DNA from: a bacterium
Lineage (GTDB): Archaea; Thermoplasmatota; E2; JACPAO01; JAHFTW01
Reading direction: 5' to 3'
NCBI GenBank assembly: GCA_040390065.1
Contig: JAZJZE010000006.1
Location: 32,001-96,000 of the forward strand
DNA length: 64,000 nt
Notes under the pieces: model-generated
Told to the model about the DNA's origin: nothing
Database searches by the model: none
The model's input: the letters and a program-made list of their open reading frames with translations, nothing else
Shown here: one piece after another, positions 29,502-39,279 of the stretch
How the letters are laid out: each line of letters opens with the position of its first letter
Position numbering within the stretch: the stretch's first letter is position 1
Made by a program: the position numbers and the translations under genes

Positions 29502-30899
29502 ATGCGTTGGGGAGGATTCCGCATGAGGCACGGCCGCGGCGCGGCATCGACCCTGGCCCGTGGCTGGCTGCGCGACGGTCGCCGCTGGTCCCTCGGCTCC
29601 TCCCTCGTCCTGGCTGGCACTCTCATCGCCATGGTCGGGACGGCCGGCATCCTGGATGGAACGCGCGACGTCACCCTGGACCGAGTGTCCGATTTCTACA
29701 CGGGCGACCTTCGCATCACACCCGTCAGCCAAGGTGCCATGCCGGCTGGGTGGTTCGCCCTCAATGCATCGGCTGCCGGCCCCGGCGCGGCCAAGGAATT
29801 GCAGGCGAGCGGTCTCACCGTCTCGACGCGCGTCGAAGCGCAGTTCGTCATGAGTCGGCAAGGCCTCATCGCGAGCGCCATCGACCAGTTCCTGCAAAAT
29901 GGCCAGATTCCCGTGGAAACCCCCGGCAGCGGGGGCACGGATGCAAACAAGGCGCTGGTCGTGGGAGGTCTCGTCGGCATCGAGGCCGGCGACCACGCCT
30001 CGACCCGCATCGCGGAGCACCTCATCGACGGGCGCCTGCCGCGGCCGACGACGGACGGCACCGTCGAGGTCGCCATGTCGGTGCGCCGCCTCGAGGGCCT
30101 CCTGACGCCCGACGAACGCGCCCGCCTGCCCAGCCCACCGCCTCTGTCGGCCCTGTGCCACCGGGACGCCGTGACCAAGTCCACGCCATGCGACATCACG
30201 GCCGGCAAGACGCGCACGGGATCCTACTACGAGCCCTTCGTCGACCGGCCCGTCGACATCGTCGGCCTCTTCGAAACGGGCATCGACGTCCTCGACATGA
30301 CGACGCTCGTCGCGGCCGCGCCGCAAGTGCGCGAGCTTCTGGGACGGGGTGCTGATGAACCGATCGCCAACGCCTTGCTGGTCCAATCTGGCAGCCCAGC
30401 GGCGGCGCAAGCCATCGCCGACAAGCACCACTGGGCCACCGAGGGCACCGAGCACTTTGCCGGCAGTTACGTGGGCCAGCTGCTTGCCGTCCTCTCCGCC
30501 GTCGTCTTCCTCGTCGGCGCGCTCCTGTTCTTCCTGCCGACCTTCCTCGTCAGCCACGGCATCTCGCGGCAGTTGGCCATGCAGCAACGTGAACTTGCCG
30601 TGTGCACGGCCATCGGCGTGCCGACGTCCACGCTGCGCAAGGCGCTCGCCTTCCAGGTCCTGCTGATTGCCGCCGTGGGCGCCGGCGTGGCGCTTGTCGT
30701 CTCCCTTGCGGCCGCGGCCATCCTCCCTGGCGTCCTCGCCCAAGTCAAGGGGACGCCGTTGCCAGCAGGCTTCACCATCACGTGGACGACTGCAGTGCTG
30801 GCCGTCCTTGTCACGGTCGTCGCGATGGCCGTCGGTTGGGGACTTGGACTGCGGGCGCGCAGCCGCCTCCCGCTCACGGCGCAGTTGCGCTCCGCGTAG
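29502..30899 (+). CDS. FtsX/LolE/MacB-like ABC permease
   Basis: N-terminal TM, large extracellular domain (IVGLFETGIDVLD), then ..QRELAVCTAIG and three C-terminal TM helices. No ATPase gene is adjacent. Confidence 0.8.
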   Translation: MRWGGFRMRHGRGAASTLARGWLRDGRRWSLGSSLVLAGTLIAMVGTAGILDGTRDVTLDRVSDFYTGDLRITPVSQGAMPAGWFALNASAAGPGAAKELQASGLTVSTRVEAQFVMSRQGLIASAIDQFLQNGQIPVETPGSGGTDANKALVVGGLVGIEAGDHASTRIAEHLIDGRLPRPTTDGTVEVAMSVRRLEGLLTPDERARLPSPPPLSALCHRDAVTKSTPCDITAGKTRTGSYYEPFVDRPVDIVGLFETGIDVLDMTTLVAAAPQVRELLGRGADEPIANALLVQSGSPAAAQAIADKHHWATEGTEHFAGSYVGQLLAVLSAVVFLVGALLFFLPTFLVSHGISRQLAMQQRELAVCTAIGVPTSTLRKALAFQVLLIAAVGAGVALVVSLAAAAILPGVLAQVKGTPLPAGFTITWTTAVLAVLVTVVAMAVGWGLGLRARSRLPLTAQLRSA

Positions 30900-30926
30900 T
30901 GTTGCTGCGTCGGAAAGGCCCCGCTC

Positions 30927-31088
30927 ATCCACAGATTCCGCTGAGACATCTGGCATGGTGCTGGTGAGCTCTTGCACGTCTTGCACGCACTCCGACGAGG
31001 GGCAGAACACGCAGATTGTGTCAAACCGGCATGGTCAATCTGCGGGTATCCAGATGGATGACGAACTGGAAGGCATCTGCGAAATGCC
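30927..31088 (+). repeat. Dispersed non-coding element, copy C (left part and core)
   Basis: The 33-bp core at 31049-31081 is identical to copy A. GCTCTTGCACGTCTTGCACGCAC (30968-30990) is the exact reverse complement of 58121-58143. Confidence 0.85.
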
Positions 31089-31132
31089 GGGGCAAAGCCC
31101 TGAAAACCCCCCGCCTCGTCGCTACGGCGTCC

Positions 31133-32275
31133 ATGGAGTTCAAGCCGACCTCGGAGCAGGAGCTCATCCGGCAGACCGTGCGGGATTTCGCCGAGAACGA
31201 GGTCAAGCCCATCGCGGCGAAGATGGACGAGGACGACTGGTGGCCGGCCGAGCTTGTCCCGCGCATGGCCGAGCTTGGGCTGATGGGCATGACGGTCGCC
31301 GAGAAGGACGGCGGGTCCGGTCTCGACACGGTCTCCTACAACATCGCCATCGAGGAGGTCGCGCGCGTCTCCGGTTCGCTGGCCTTGTCGCTTGCAGCCC
31401 ACAACGGCCTCGGCATCAGCCAACTGTACAGGTTCGGCGGAGCGGAGCTCGTGTCAAAGTACATCCCGGACCTTGCCGCCGGCCGCAAGATCGGCGCCTG
31501 GGCCTTGACGGAACCGGGCTCCGGCTCCGACGCCGCCGGCCTCGCCACGACCGCCGTGCGCGAGGGCGACGGCTGGACCCTGTCGGGGCAGAAGCAGTTC
31601 ATCACCAACGGGCACGTCGCCTCCGTCTTCACGCTCATGGCCCGCAACGACCCGGCCAAAGGGTCGCAAGGCATCTCGGCCTTCGTCGCGCCCGCAGGCG
31701 CAAAGGGCCTGCGACTCGGCAAGAAGGAGGACAAGCTCGGCATGCGGGGCAGCATCACGAGCCAGATCTATCTCGAGGACCTGTGGATCCCCGACGACCA
31801 CGTCGTCGGCGAGGTCGGCCAAGGCTTCGTCGGCGCCATGCAGACGCTCGATGCCGGCCGCATCGCAATCGGCAGCCTCGCCCTCGGCCTCGCCCAGGGC
31901 GCCTTCGACGCGAGCCTCGCGTACAGCCAGGAGCGCAAGCAATTCGGCAAGCCCATCTCGGCGAACCAGGCCATCCAATGGAAGTTGGCCGACATGGCCA
32001 CACAGATCGACGCCGCCCGCCTCTTGCTGCAACGCGCCGCCACCCGCAAGGACCAGGGACTCCCGTACACGCGCGAAGCCTCGATGGGCAAACTCTACGC
32101 CAGCGAGGTCGCCATGTGGGTCACGACCCAGGCCATCCAAGTGCACGGCGGCAATGGCTACACACGGGACTATCCGGTCGAGCGCATGTTCCGCGACGCG
32201 AAACTGTGTGAGATCGGCGAAGGTTCGTCCGAAGTGCAGCGCATGATCATCGCCAAATCCATCGGGCTGCGGTAG
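31133..32275 (+). CDS. Acyl-CoA dehydrogenase
   Basis: [57 protein letters not shown]. Confidence 0.95.
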   Translation: MEFKPTSEQELIRQTVRDFAENEVKPIAAKMDEDDWWPAELVPRMAELGLMGMTVAEKDGGSGLDTVSYNIAIEEVARVSGSLALSLAAHNGLGISQLYRFGGAELVSKYIPDLAAGRKIGAWALTEPGSGSDAAGLATTAVREGDGWTLSGQKQFITNGHVASVFTLMARNDPAKGSQGISAFVAPAGAKGLRLGKKEDKLGMRGSITSQIYLEDLWIPDDHVVGEVGQGFVGAMQTLDAGRIAIGSLALGLAQGAFDASLAYSQERKQFGKPISANQAIQWKLADMATQIDAARLLLQRAATRKDQGLPYTREASMGKLYASEVAMWVTTQAIQVHGGNGYTRDYPVERMFRDAKLCEIGEGSSEVQRMIIAKSIGLR

Positions 32276-32375
32276 CAAACCCGGATTCGACCGCGCCGAG
32301 CGCAGCGCGGGAACGCGCCGGCTGAACCTGCTCGGCCGGGGCGCCATCGCGATACAGATCGGCTTGACGGGCTAG

Positions 32376-34034
32376 CTAGCGCCGCCGGGCCGCGAACGCG
32401 ACGGCGATGGCTGCCAGAGCGAAGACCGTCGCGGGCGCAGGTGAGCCGTGGGCCTGGCCGTCTTCGGTTGCAGGAGGCGTCGGCGCCGCCGCCATCGGGT
32501 ATCCCGGTCCCCCGCCGACGTCGAAGATGACGAGCTGCAGCGGGCACATCTCGCCTGGCCCGCCGCTGTTGCACTGGTTGCCGTAGAACGTCATCGTCGG
32601 CCGCGGCTCGAGCGCAAAGGGCGACAGCAGGAGTTGGTACAGTCCAGACGGCAGGCTGACGTTGACGTCGAAGGTGCCGGTCTCGTGCGTGTGCAGTTTG
32701 CCGGCAGCCACCGTGATGAAGCGGTTGTCCCCGGACAGGAGGTTACGGATCGCATAGTCGACCTCCGAGTGCTGCAGCGGGTTTCCGGCGGCGTCATGGA
32801 TGAACAGGTGCAGCTTGAACGGGATGCCGTTTGCGTGGCCGTTCAGGCCGGAGATGTCGACGTACTCGATGGGTGAGGCAAGCGACAGCGGGACCGTCCC
32901 TTGTCCAGGCAAGGCCGCATCGATTGGTGGGACGACGGCGTACGGCAGGTCGATGTGGGCCGACCAGTTGCCGCGGGTGGCGTCGACGGACAGGACGTAC
33001 TCGCCGACCGGCTCGACGGCCGTGAACTCGTAGATGCCGTCGTACTCATGCAGCGTCTTCGAAGTGAAGATCGTGTACCCGGTGCCGCGTTGCGTCAGGG
33101 TCGCGACGACGTTGACGTGCGGCACGGGGTGATGGGTGATCGGGTCCATGGCCAGTGCCGTGAGGCGCATCTGCGTCTGCGGGCCGACCGTGGTCCACGG
33201 GTCGTACGTGCCGACGAGGGAGTACAGCCCGCCGGCCGGGGATTGCACGACGGCATTGCTTTGCGGCTCGTCGGGCTGAACGATTGGCCCCGGCATGAAC
33301 GCGGTCCCGACGACGCCCGGGGCAATCGTGACCAGCTTCGACGAGGTCACGGGTTCGAACAGGGTCGTGCCGGGCCCGGGGAACGCGATGAAGCCCGTCA
33401 CCGTGACGGTAAACGACGGCTCGTTGCCGGTGTACAGGTAGGAGACCTCCATGGCCTCCGTGTGTGTGTGCGTCTTGGTGCGGAACTGCAAGCCGGAGGC
33501 GTCGCGCACCTCGAACCACGCGTCCGTGTGGTTGAGCGTTCGGCCGTGGTCGAGGAGTTGGAAGGTGAAGGTCGAGGGGACGCCGGGCGTGAAGGTTTCC
33601 GGCCCGGTCAGGGGCAACGTTGGGTAGCGCAAGACGGGGTCCTCCGGCGCGTCCATGACCGTGCCATTGAACATGGCCAGCATCGTGCCCGCCTCGTCGT
33701 AGTCCGCGACCGTGTACGTCCCGGCGGCCGGGAAGGTGACGTCGAACATGTTGACGCCGTCGTAGTCGTGGCCCGAGTCCGGCGTCGTCTCGAGGATCGG
33801 CACGCCGTTCAAGGTGACCTTGATGTGGTTCTGCTGGTGGTAGTCCGGGACGACGTCGTCGCCCAGGTCCAGCACGCCGAAATGGGCGAGGTTGCCGACG
33901 AACTCGACGCCGTCCGCATTGGCGTCATGCGCAATGACCACCGCGGTCGCGGCGCCGTGCTCGTGCTGGGCGGATACGCTTGGCATCGCGAGGGCGAGAA
34001 GGACGACGGCGGCAAGGCCGGCGCGGCGCAACAT
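32376..34034 (-). CDS. Secreted His-rich four-domain protein with PGF-CTERM-like anchor, probably metal-binding
   Basis: Signal peptide MLRRAGLAAVVLLALAMPSVSA-QHEH; motifs HDYDG, KTHTH, LHEYDG, KLHTH; C-terminus SPAPATVFALAAIAVAFAARRR. Confidence 0.75.
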   Translation of the reverse strand: MLRRAGLAAVVLLALAMPSVSAQHEHGAATAVVIAHDANADGVEFVGNLAHFGVLDLGDDVVPDYHQQNHIKVTLNGVPILETTPDSGHDYDGVNMFDVTFPAAGTYTVADYDEAGTMLAMFNGTVMDAPEDPVLRYPTLPLTGPETFTPGVPSTFTFQLLDHGRTLNHTDAWFEVRDASGLQFRTKTHTHTEAMEVSYLYTGNEPSFTVTVTGFIAFPGPGTTLFEPVTSSKLVTIAPGVVGTAFMPGPIVQPDEPQSNAVVQSPAGGLYSLVGTYDPWTTVGPQTQMRLTALAMDPITHHPVPHVNVVATLTQRGTGYTIFTSKTLHEYDGIYEFTAVEPVGEYVLSVDATRGNWSAHIDLPYAVVPPIDAALPGQGTVPLSLASPIEYVDISGLNGHANGIPFKLHLFIHDAAGNPLQHSEVDYAIRNLLSGDNRFITVAAGKLHTHETGTFDVNVSLPSGLYQLLLSPFALEPRPTMTFYGNQCNSGGPGEMCPLQLVIFDVGGGPGYPMAAAPTPPATEDGQAHGSPAPATVFALAAIAVAFAARRR

Positions 34035-34131
34035 GCCACGGCACCTTGGGGATGGCCTCTTAAGCGCTGTCGTGCCGCCCGTGCGACCTCGGTCAACCGT
34101 CTTTATAGGGCATGCGGGACGTTTGCCCGCA

Positions 34132-35583
34132 ATGGCGGACGTCGCCGCGGTCTTCCTCGCCGTTGCGGGCATCACTCTCATCGGCTTCATCGCGGGCCGC
34201 ATCTTCGAACGCACGGGATTCCCAGACATCCCGCTGCTGTTGGGCATCGGCCTGTTGGCTGGGCCCGTCAACCGCCTTGCCGTGGCAAACGGCGGCGGAC
34301 TGCCCTGGCTCGACCACGCCATCGGCCAAGACACACTCCGCGCCGTCGGCCCCTACATGTCGGGTCTTGGCCTGGTCGTCATCCTCTTCGAGTCCGGACT
34401 GAAACTGGAGTTCCGCGGCTTCCGTTCGTCGATCGGCCCCGCGCTGCTGCACACGCTGCCGATCTTCCTCGTGACCGTCGCGGGCATCGCCGCCATCGGC
34501 CACTGGGTGCTGGGGATGCCGAGCCTCGTTGCCGTCGTCCTCGGCGTCACGCTCTCCAACGTCGGCCAGACGGTCTCGGCGGCGCTCATGCGCAGCATGT
34601 CGCTCTCGGCCGAGACGAAGGCCATCGGCTTCCTCGAGATGGCCCTCTACGACCTCATCAGCATCCCCATCCTGGTGTCGCTCTTCTCCTTCTCCGGTGG
34701 CGTGGGCGGCGAGGCCGTCGGCGCGTCCGTTCGCAGCTTCTTCCAACTCGCGTCCATCTCGCTCGTGATCGGCGCCGCCTGCGGCATGGCGTGGATCCTT
34801 GCCTTGCGCCGCCTTGGCAACCACCCGCAAGCCTACATGCTCACGTTGGCGGTCCTTCTCGGGTTGTACGGGGTCACGCAGTTCCTCGGCGGTTCGGGCG
34901 CAATCGCAGTGCTGCTGTTCGGTCTCATGGTCGGCAACCGGTCGGCCCTTGCCAAGGTCTTCGGCACGGAGCCCGGCTCTGCGGCGGGGTCGCAACGCGT
35001 CGAGGCGTTCCACGACGAGATCAGCTTCTTCGTGCGCACGGTCTTCTTCCTGTACCTGGGCGCCAGTTTCTCCCTGGCGGTCACGGGTACGTGGCCGGTC
35101 ACGACCGCTCTGCCCATCCTGTCCGCATTCAACAACCAAGGCGCCCTGTTTGCCATCGGTGCGATCCTGGTCGTGGCCTGGTTCGTCGCCGCCCGGTGGA
35201 TCTGCATCAGCCTCATCTCGGTGCGCATCCGGCCGGCCACGCGCGGCCTCATCCCGGTCTTCGGGCACGGCTTGGGCACGGCCGTGCTGGCGACGCTCCC
35301 GTTCGTCGCCGTGCAGTACCAGCCGGGGACGCACTTCTACGAGCAGTTCAACCCGTGGGAACAGATGTTCCTGAACCTGGCCCTTCTCATCATCCTCGCG
35401 ACCGTGCTTCTCTCTAGCATCCTGGTGTGGATGCAGGAAAGGCCCGTGCGACAACGCAGGGCGGCCCGTGCCGAGCTCGCGTCGCGCGAGGACAAGCCGG
35501 CCGCGGCCGCGACGCCTTCGGCTCGACCGGCACCCGCCGCCAGCAAGCCGTCGGCGCCCGCGCCGCCACGGCGCAAGGCCTGA
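34132..35583 (+). CDS. Cation:proton antiporter (NhaP/CPA1-like)
   Basis: About 12 hydrophobic segments; FPDIPLLLGIGLLAGP, ILFESGL, FHDEISFFVRTVFFLYLG; TTTATA at 34102. Confidence 0.9.
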   Translation: MADVAAVFLAVAGITLIGFIAGRIFERTGFPDIPLLLGIGLLAGPVNRLAVANGGGLPWLDHAIGQDTLRAVGPYMSGLGLVVILFESGLKLEFRGFRSSIGPALLHTLPIFLVTVAGIAAIGHWVLGMPSLVAVVLGVTLSNVGQTVSAALMRSMSLSAETKAIGFLEMALYDLISIPILVSLFSFSGGVGGEAVGASVRSFFQLASISLVIGAACGMAWILALRRLGNHPQAYMLTLAVLLGLYGVTQFLGGSGAIAVLLFGLMVGNRSALAKVFGTEPGSAAGSQRVEAFHDEISFFVRTVFFLYLGASFSLAVTGTWPVTTALPILSAFNNQGALFAIGAILVVAWFVAARWICISLISVRIRPATRGLIPVFGHGLGTAVLATLPFVAVQYQPGTHFYEQFNPWEQMFLNLALLIILATVLLSSILVWMQERPVRQRRAARAELASREDKPAAAATPSARPAPAASKPSAPAPPRRKA

Positions 35584-35585
35584 CC

Positions 35586-35936
35586 TCAGGACTTGCCGTC
35601 CGCCCGGTCCGCCAGGACGCCGGCCCGTCGTGTCAGCGCGGCAAGGGTTCCGCTCGTCGACAAGGTCACCACGGTCAGGGCATGCCGCGCTCCGCCTTCC
35701 CTGACTGCCGCGATGCGCGGCAGCAAGCGGCGCGCGGCGGCGAGGCGCTCGTGCGGCACGCGGACGGCGGCGTGCGGCCAGGCAAAGCGCGTGAGTTGCG
35801 GGACGTCCGCCTCCAGCCAACCGTCGGCGAGCGCCTGCTCGCGTAGGGCGGCGGCAAACGCGCGGCGCCCGACGGGCGTCTGCGCGGCCAACTGCACGAG
35901 GACATGCCGCGGCCGGTCCATCGCGACTTTGCTCAT
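35586..35936 (-). CDS. Divergent Rpp14/Pop5-family protein (RNase P component 2-like)
   Basis: 116 aa with RPRHVLVQL, AAVRVPH and VTLSTSGTLAAL, matching the Pop5 pattern RY....; IVR..H; TL..SGT. Confidence 0.65.
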   Translation of the reverse strand: MSKVAMDRPRHVLVQLAAQTPVGRRAFAAALREQALADGWLEADVPQLTRFAWPHAAVRVPHERLAAARRLLPRIAAVREGGARHALTVVTLSTSGTLAALTRRAGVLADRADGKS

Positions 35937-36793
35937 GCGGCGCCCCCTTGGCGTTCGTGCTCGGCCACCTTGGCGAGGCGGTTGAGGATGGCGTTGCGGC
36001 GCCGCGACCGCAGCCAACTCTGCAGGCTCGTCAGCAGCGGAAGGACGAGGGCGAGGGGCAGGGCGGTCGCAAGGGGCATGTGGGCGGCGCCAGCCAGCAG
36101 CCAGAGCACCGGGGCGGCGCAGGCGAAGAGGAAGACGATGGCGAAGAACGGCAGGAACGGGCGGCGGGCCTCGGCGAGCAGACGGTCCCGGCTTGCCGCG
36201 TCGAGGTGCTCGGCGGTGGCGACGAGAGGACGCCCTTGCTGGGCAAAGATGGCCCGCACCACATCCATGCCCTCGCGGTAGCCGCGGCTGCGGCGCGTGT
36301 TCTCGGCAAAACGCGTCGGGGTGAAGCGGACGGTCTCGAACGATCCATCGCGCAGTTCCAGGCCGAGGCCCGTCTGGGTTACCTTCCCGTCGGACGAGGC
36401 AAACGGCGAGACGAAGGCGCCGGTCACGTCGTAGCTGGCGGGGAAGGCAGCGGCAACCTCTTCCCAGCGCACGAACGGGCGGTGCCACCGCGCGGCCAGG
36501 AAGCGGCTGGGGGCGAGGCCCTGCTCATGGATGCGGATCGGGCTACGCCAGAGGGCGATCATGAAGAGCAGGACGGCCGCGACGGGGGCAGCGTACACGG
36601 CATACAGAAGCGGACGGTTGTCCCGGAGGGCGTTCTCCAGCGACCCCATGGCGCAGACGGCAAGCGTCACGATGAGGCCGGCGTACAGGATGGGATGGGC
36701 CCGAGGCGGCCGGTATTCCCAGAGGATGGCCCCACGTTCCTGCACGAGCGGCCGAGGCTCCGTGGCCACAAGGGTTTGCCGGCCAGACGGCAT
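35933..36793 (-). CDS. Hypothetical membrane protein (about 4 TM)
   Basis: Two pairs of hydrophobic helices flank a soluble region; 4-bp overlap with the Pop5-like start. Start is uncertain (36793 or 36817). Confidence 0.7.
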   Translation of the reverse strand: MPSGRQTLVATEPRPLVQERGAILWEYRPPRAHPILYAGLIVTLAVCAMGSLENALRDNRPLLYAVYAAPVAAVLLFMIALWRSPIRIHEQGLAPSRFLAARWHRPFVRWEEVAAAFPASYDVTGAFVSPFASSDGKVTQTGLGLELRDGSFETVRFTPTRFAENTRRSRGYREGMDVVRAIFAQQGRPLVATAEHLDAASRDRLLAEARRPFLPFFAIVFLFACAAPVLWLLAGAAHMPLATALPLALVLPLLTSLQSWLRSRRRNAILNRLAKVAEHERQGGAA

Positions 36794-36843
36794 GCAGGGG
36801 CCAGCCTCTACGCTCATCAACCGGCCCGTTTGTCGCCAACCCC

Positions 36844-39273
36844 GTGCCCCCGCCGCCTGAGGGCCCCATCCGCCGCGTCGTTGCCGACCCCAAGGCGGAG
36901 GCGCGTTGGCAAAAGGCGATGGAGCGCTCCCGCGAGATTCAGGCCAAGCGTGAGGCCAAGGGGAAGGCCAAGCAGGAGAAGGCGGCGGCGCGCCAGGCTC
37001 GCGGCGGACTCTTCGGCAAGATGATGGGGCGAAAGGTCCGCGAGGCCGCCCCCGACCTATCCCCTTCAGCCACGAGGCCGCCCCCGCCGCCGCCAGACGC
37101 GCCATCCGACTGGGGCGAGTCGGTTGCCGTTGCGCTCCCGCCGCCGCAGCCCGCCCGACCCAGGGTGACCGCGGCCCCCCGGGTCCCGCAGTGGCACGCA
37201 TCGCCGGAGCCCGAGCCCCTCGTGACGGCGCCCAAGAAGGCCCGGCCAGCCAAGCCTGGCAAACCTACCGCGCGCAAGTCCAAGCCCGCCCTCCAACTTC
37301 CCCCGCCGGACGCGCGCGACGACGAGAGGCGGCAACTCGAACGCGAGAAGGCGGCCCTCGAGCAGGAGCGCGCCCGTCTCGCCGGGGAGTTGGAGCAGGC
37401 GCAGCGCCGCGCCGCGGAAGCCGAGCGCCACCGCAGCGAGGAAGAGCGCCGGCGCCACCGCGAGGAGCAGCGGCGAGCCGACGAGGAGCAGCGCCGCAAG
37501 GAGGCCGAGCGGCAGCGCAAGGAGGCCGACGCCTCGCGCGGCGAGGCGGAGAAGGAAGCGCGGCGCCTGCAGGCCCTTGCGGATGAGCACCGCTTGCGCG
37601 AGAAGGAAAGCCGGAAGGCCGTCTTGGAGGGCGAACGCGAGCGCAAGCGCCTCGAGGGGGAGAGCGGGCGCGCCATGCGTGAGGCCCGAACGGCCCACGA
37701 TGAGGCGGCCAAGGCCCGCGTTGCCTTGGATGCCGTGGAGGCGCAGCGCAAGGAACTGGAGGGGGAGAGGCAAGCGCTGACGGTCCGCATGGCCGCCGCC
37801 CAACGACGCGAGGTGACCGCGGAAGCCCAGCGTATCCGCGACCGCGAAGCGATCCTGCAGCAATCGGCCGAGGCGCTGCGCCGCGAGCACGACCGCTTGG
37901 CGCAGGAGGCTCGCTTGCGCGAGGAAGCGCAGCGGCGTTCCCAGGAGGCCGTTGCCGAGGCCGGCGCGCGTGCCGAGGCTGCAGCCGCCGCCGAAGGCGC
38001 CCTTGCTGCAGAACGCGCCCGCGTGCAGGAGCTTTCGCAGGCCCGCGAGCGCGACCGCCAGGACGCCGAGCGGCGCTTGCGGGAGCAGGAGCTGGCCGTG
38101 AAGGGCGCCCGCGCCGAGCTCGAACGCGCCCAGGCCCTCCGGAAGGCGCGCGAAGGAGAAATGGAGGAGCTGCGCTCAACTGCGGCCCGCCTGCGCGACG
38201 AGGCCGCAGCGAGCCGCGTCGTCGTCGATCGCATGCAAGGCGAACAGGCCGCGGCTCGCAGGGAGGCGGCGGAGCACCAGAAGCGGGTGGCCGACCTGCA
38301 GGCGCAGGCCCGGCAAGCCGCCGCCGACGCCGAGCGGCTCGCTGCGACGGCCGCGGAGGCGGCAAAGCGCCAGGCCGCGCTCGAGGCGCGCGCCGCGCAG
38401 CAGGCGACGGCAATCTCCAAGCTCGAGCGCGAGCGCCGCGAGGCCGTCGAAGGCCGGCGCGAGACGGCGCAGGAGGTCGAGCGGCGCATCGCCGAGGCCC
38501 AACGCCTGCAGCTGGACAGCGAGGCGACGCGGCGCGAACTGGCCGCCCAGCGCGAGGCAGCTGTTGCCATCCGGGAAGAGCAGGAGGCCTCACGTGCCGA
38601 GGTGGAGGCGTTGCGCCGCCAGGAGGCGATCGCGGCGGAGCGGGGTCGGGCGTTGGCTCAGGTCGAGCGGGAGCGCGCCGATGCCGAGGCCCGACTGCGG
38701 CGCTCGCAGGAAGAGCGGGCCAAGGCGGAGGCCGCGCTTGCCGCCGAGGTCGAGGCCGTGCGCCGCGAGGCCGCGCGGTCCCGTCTCGCCCTCGAGCAAC
38801 GTTTGGCGGAGGCCGAAGCCGCTGCCGCCGGTGCGGCCGTGCCCGCCGCCGTTCCTCTCCTGCCGACGCCGGCCGAACCGCCCGCACCCGCAGCCGACGC
38901 CGGGGTCCGGGGTCGGCTGGGCCATCTCGTCAAGGAGGCGCGCTCCATGCCGGCGCACGAAGTGGTGCAGCCCCGTGGCAAGGCTCCTGCGCCCGGCGGT
39001 CGGGCCATCGAGCCCTGGGAGGATGCAGCGGCGTGGGAGCAGGACAAGGAGCGGGCCGTGCAAGAGGCCGAGGAGCGACTGCGCAAGCAGCGCGAGGAGT
39101 CGAAGTGGCGGGCGCGCAACTTGGCGGTGAGCGGCATGGAACTGGATGCGGCCGCTGGCGTCATGCCGACAGAGGCGCCCGACGATCCCACCCTCCCGCC
39201 GCATGGCAAAGGAGCCGCGGGGCATGCGCCCAAGAAGAAGGGGCGGCGCGCCGACGACCGGCGCTGGGGTTGA
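36844..39273 (+). CDS. Long coiled-coil protein with Pro-rich head and tail
   Basis: 809 aa; roughly 500 central residues are E/R/A/Q-rich with no Pro; no Walker A motif, TM helix or signal peptide seen. Confidence 0.75.
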   Translation: MPPPPEGPIRRVVADPKAEARWQKAMERSREIQAKREAKGKAKQEKAAARQARGGLFGKMMGRKVREAAPDLSPSATRPPPPPPDAPSDWGESVAVALPPPQPARPRVTAAPRVPQWHASPEPEPLVTAPKKARPAKPGKPTARKSKPALQLPPPDARDDERRQLEREKAALEQERARLAGELEQAQRRAAEAERHRSEEERRRHREEQRRADEEQRRKEAERQRKEADASRGEAEKEARRLQALADEHRLREKESRKAVLEGERERKRLEGESGRAMREARTAHDEAAKARVALDAVEAQRKELEGERQALTVRMAAAQRREVTAEAQRIRDREAILQQSAEALRREHDRLAQEARLREEAQRRSQEAVAEAGARAEAAAAAEGALAAERARVQELSQARERDRQDAERRLREQELAVKGARAELERAQALRKAREGEMEELRSTAARLRDEAAASRVVVDRMQGEQAAARREAAEHQKRVADLQAQARQAAADAERLAATAAEAAKRQAALEARAAQQATAISKLERERREAVEGRRETAQEVERRIAEAQRLQLDSEATRRELAAQREAAVAIREEQEASRAEVEALRRQEAIAAERGRALAQVERERADAEARLRRSQEERAKAEAALAAEVEAVRREAARSRLALEQRLAEAEAAAAGAAVPAAVPLLPTPAEPPAPAADAGVRGRLGHLVKEARSMPAHEVVQPRGKAPAPGGRAIEPWEDAAAWEQDKERAVQEAEERLRKQREESKWRARNLAVSGMELDAAAGVMPTEAPDDPTLPPHGKGAAGHAPKKKGRRADDRRWG

Positions 39274-39279
39274 CGGGCG

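Noticed and set aside
17238-31081. 33-bp repeats as a CRISPR array
   Set aside because: The copies are kilobases apart with no spacer periodicity and there are no cas genes.
31058-31104. Dispersed element as a C/D-box sRNA (ATGACGA...CTGA)
   Set aside because: The C-like box is lost in copy B, D' and C' are poor, and the downstream CTGA is not conserved in A or B.
36844-39273. SMC/Rad50 ATPase
   Set aside because: No Walker A/B, signature motif, hinge or zinc hook.
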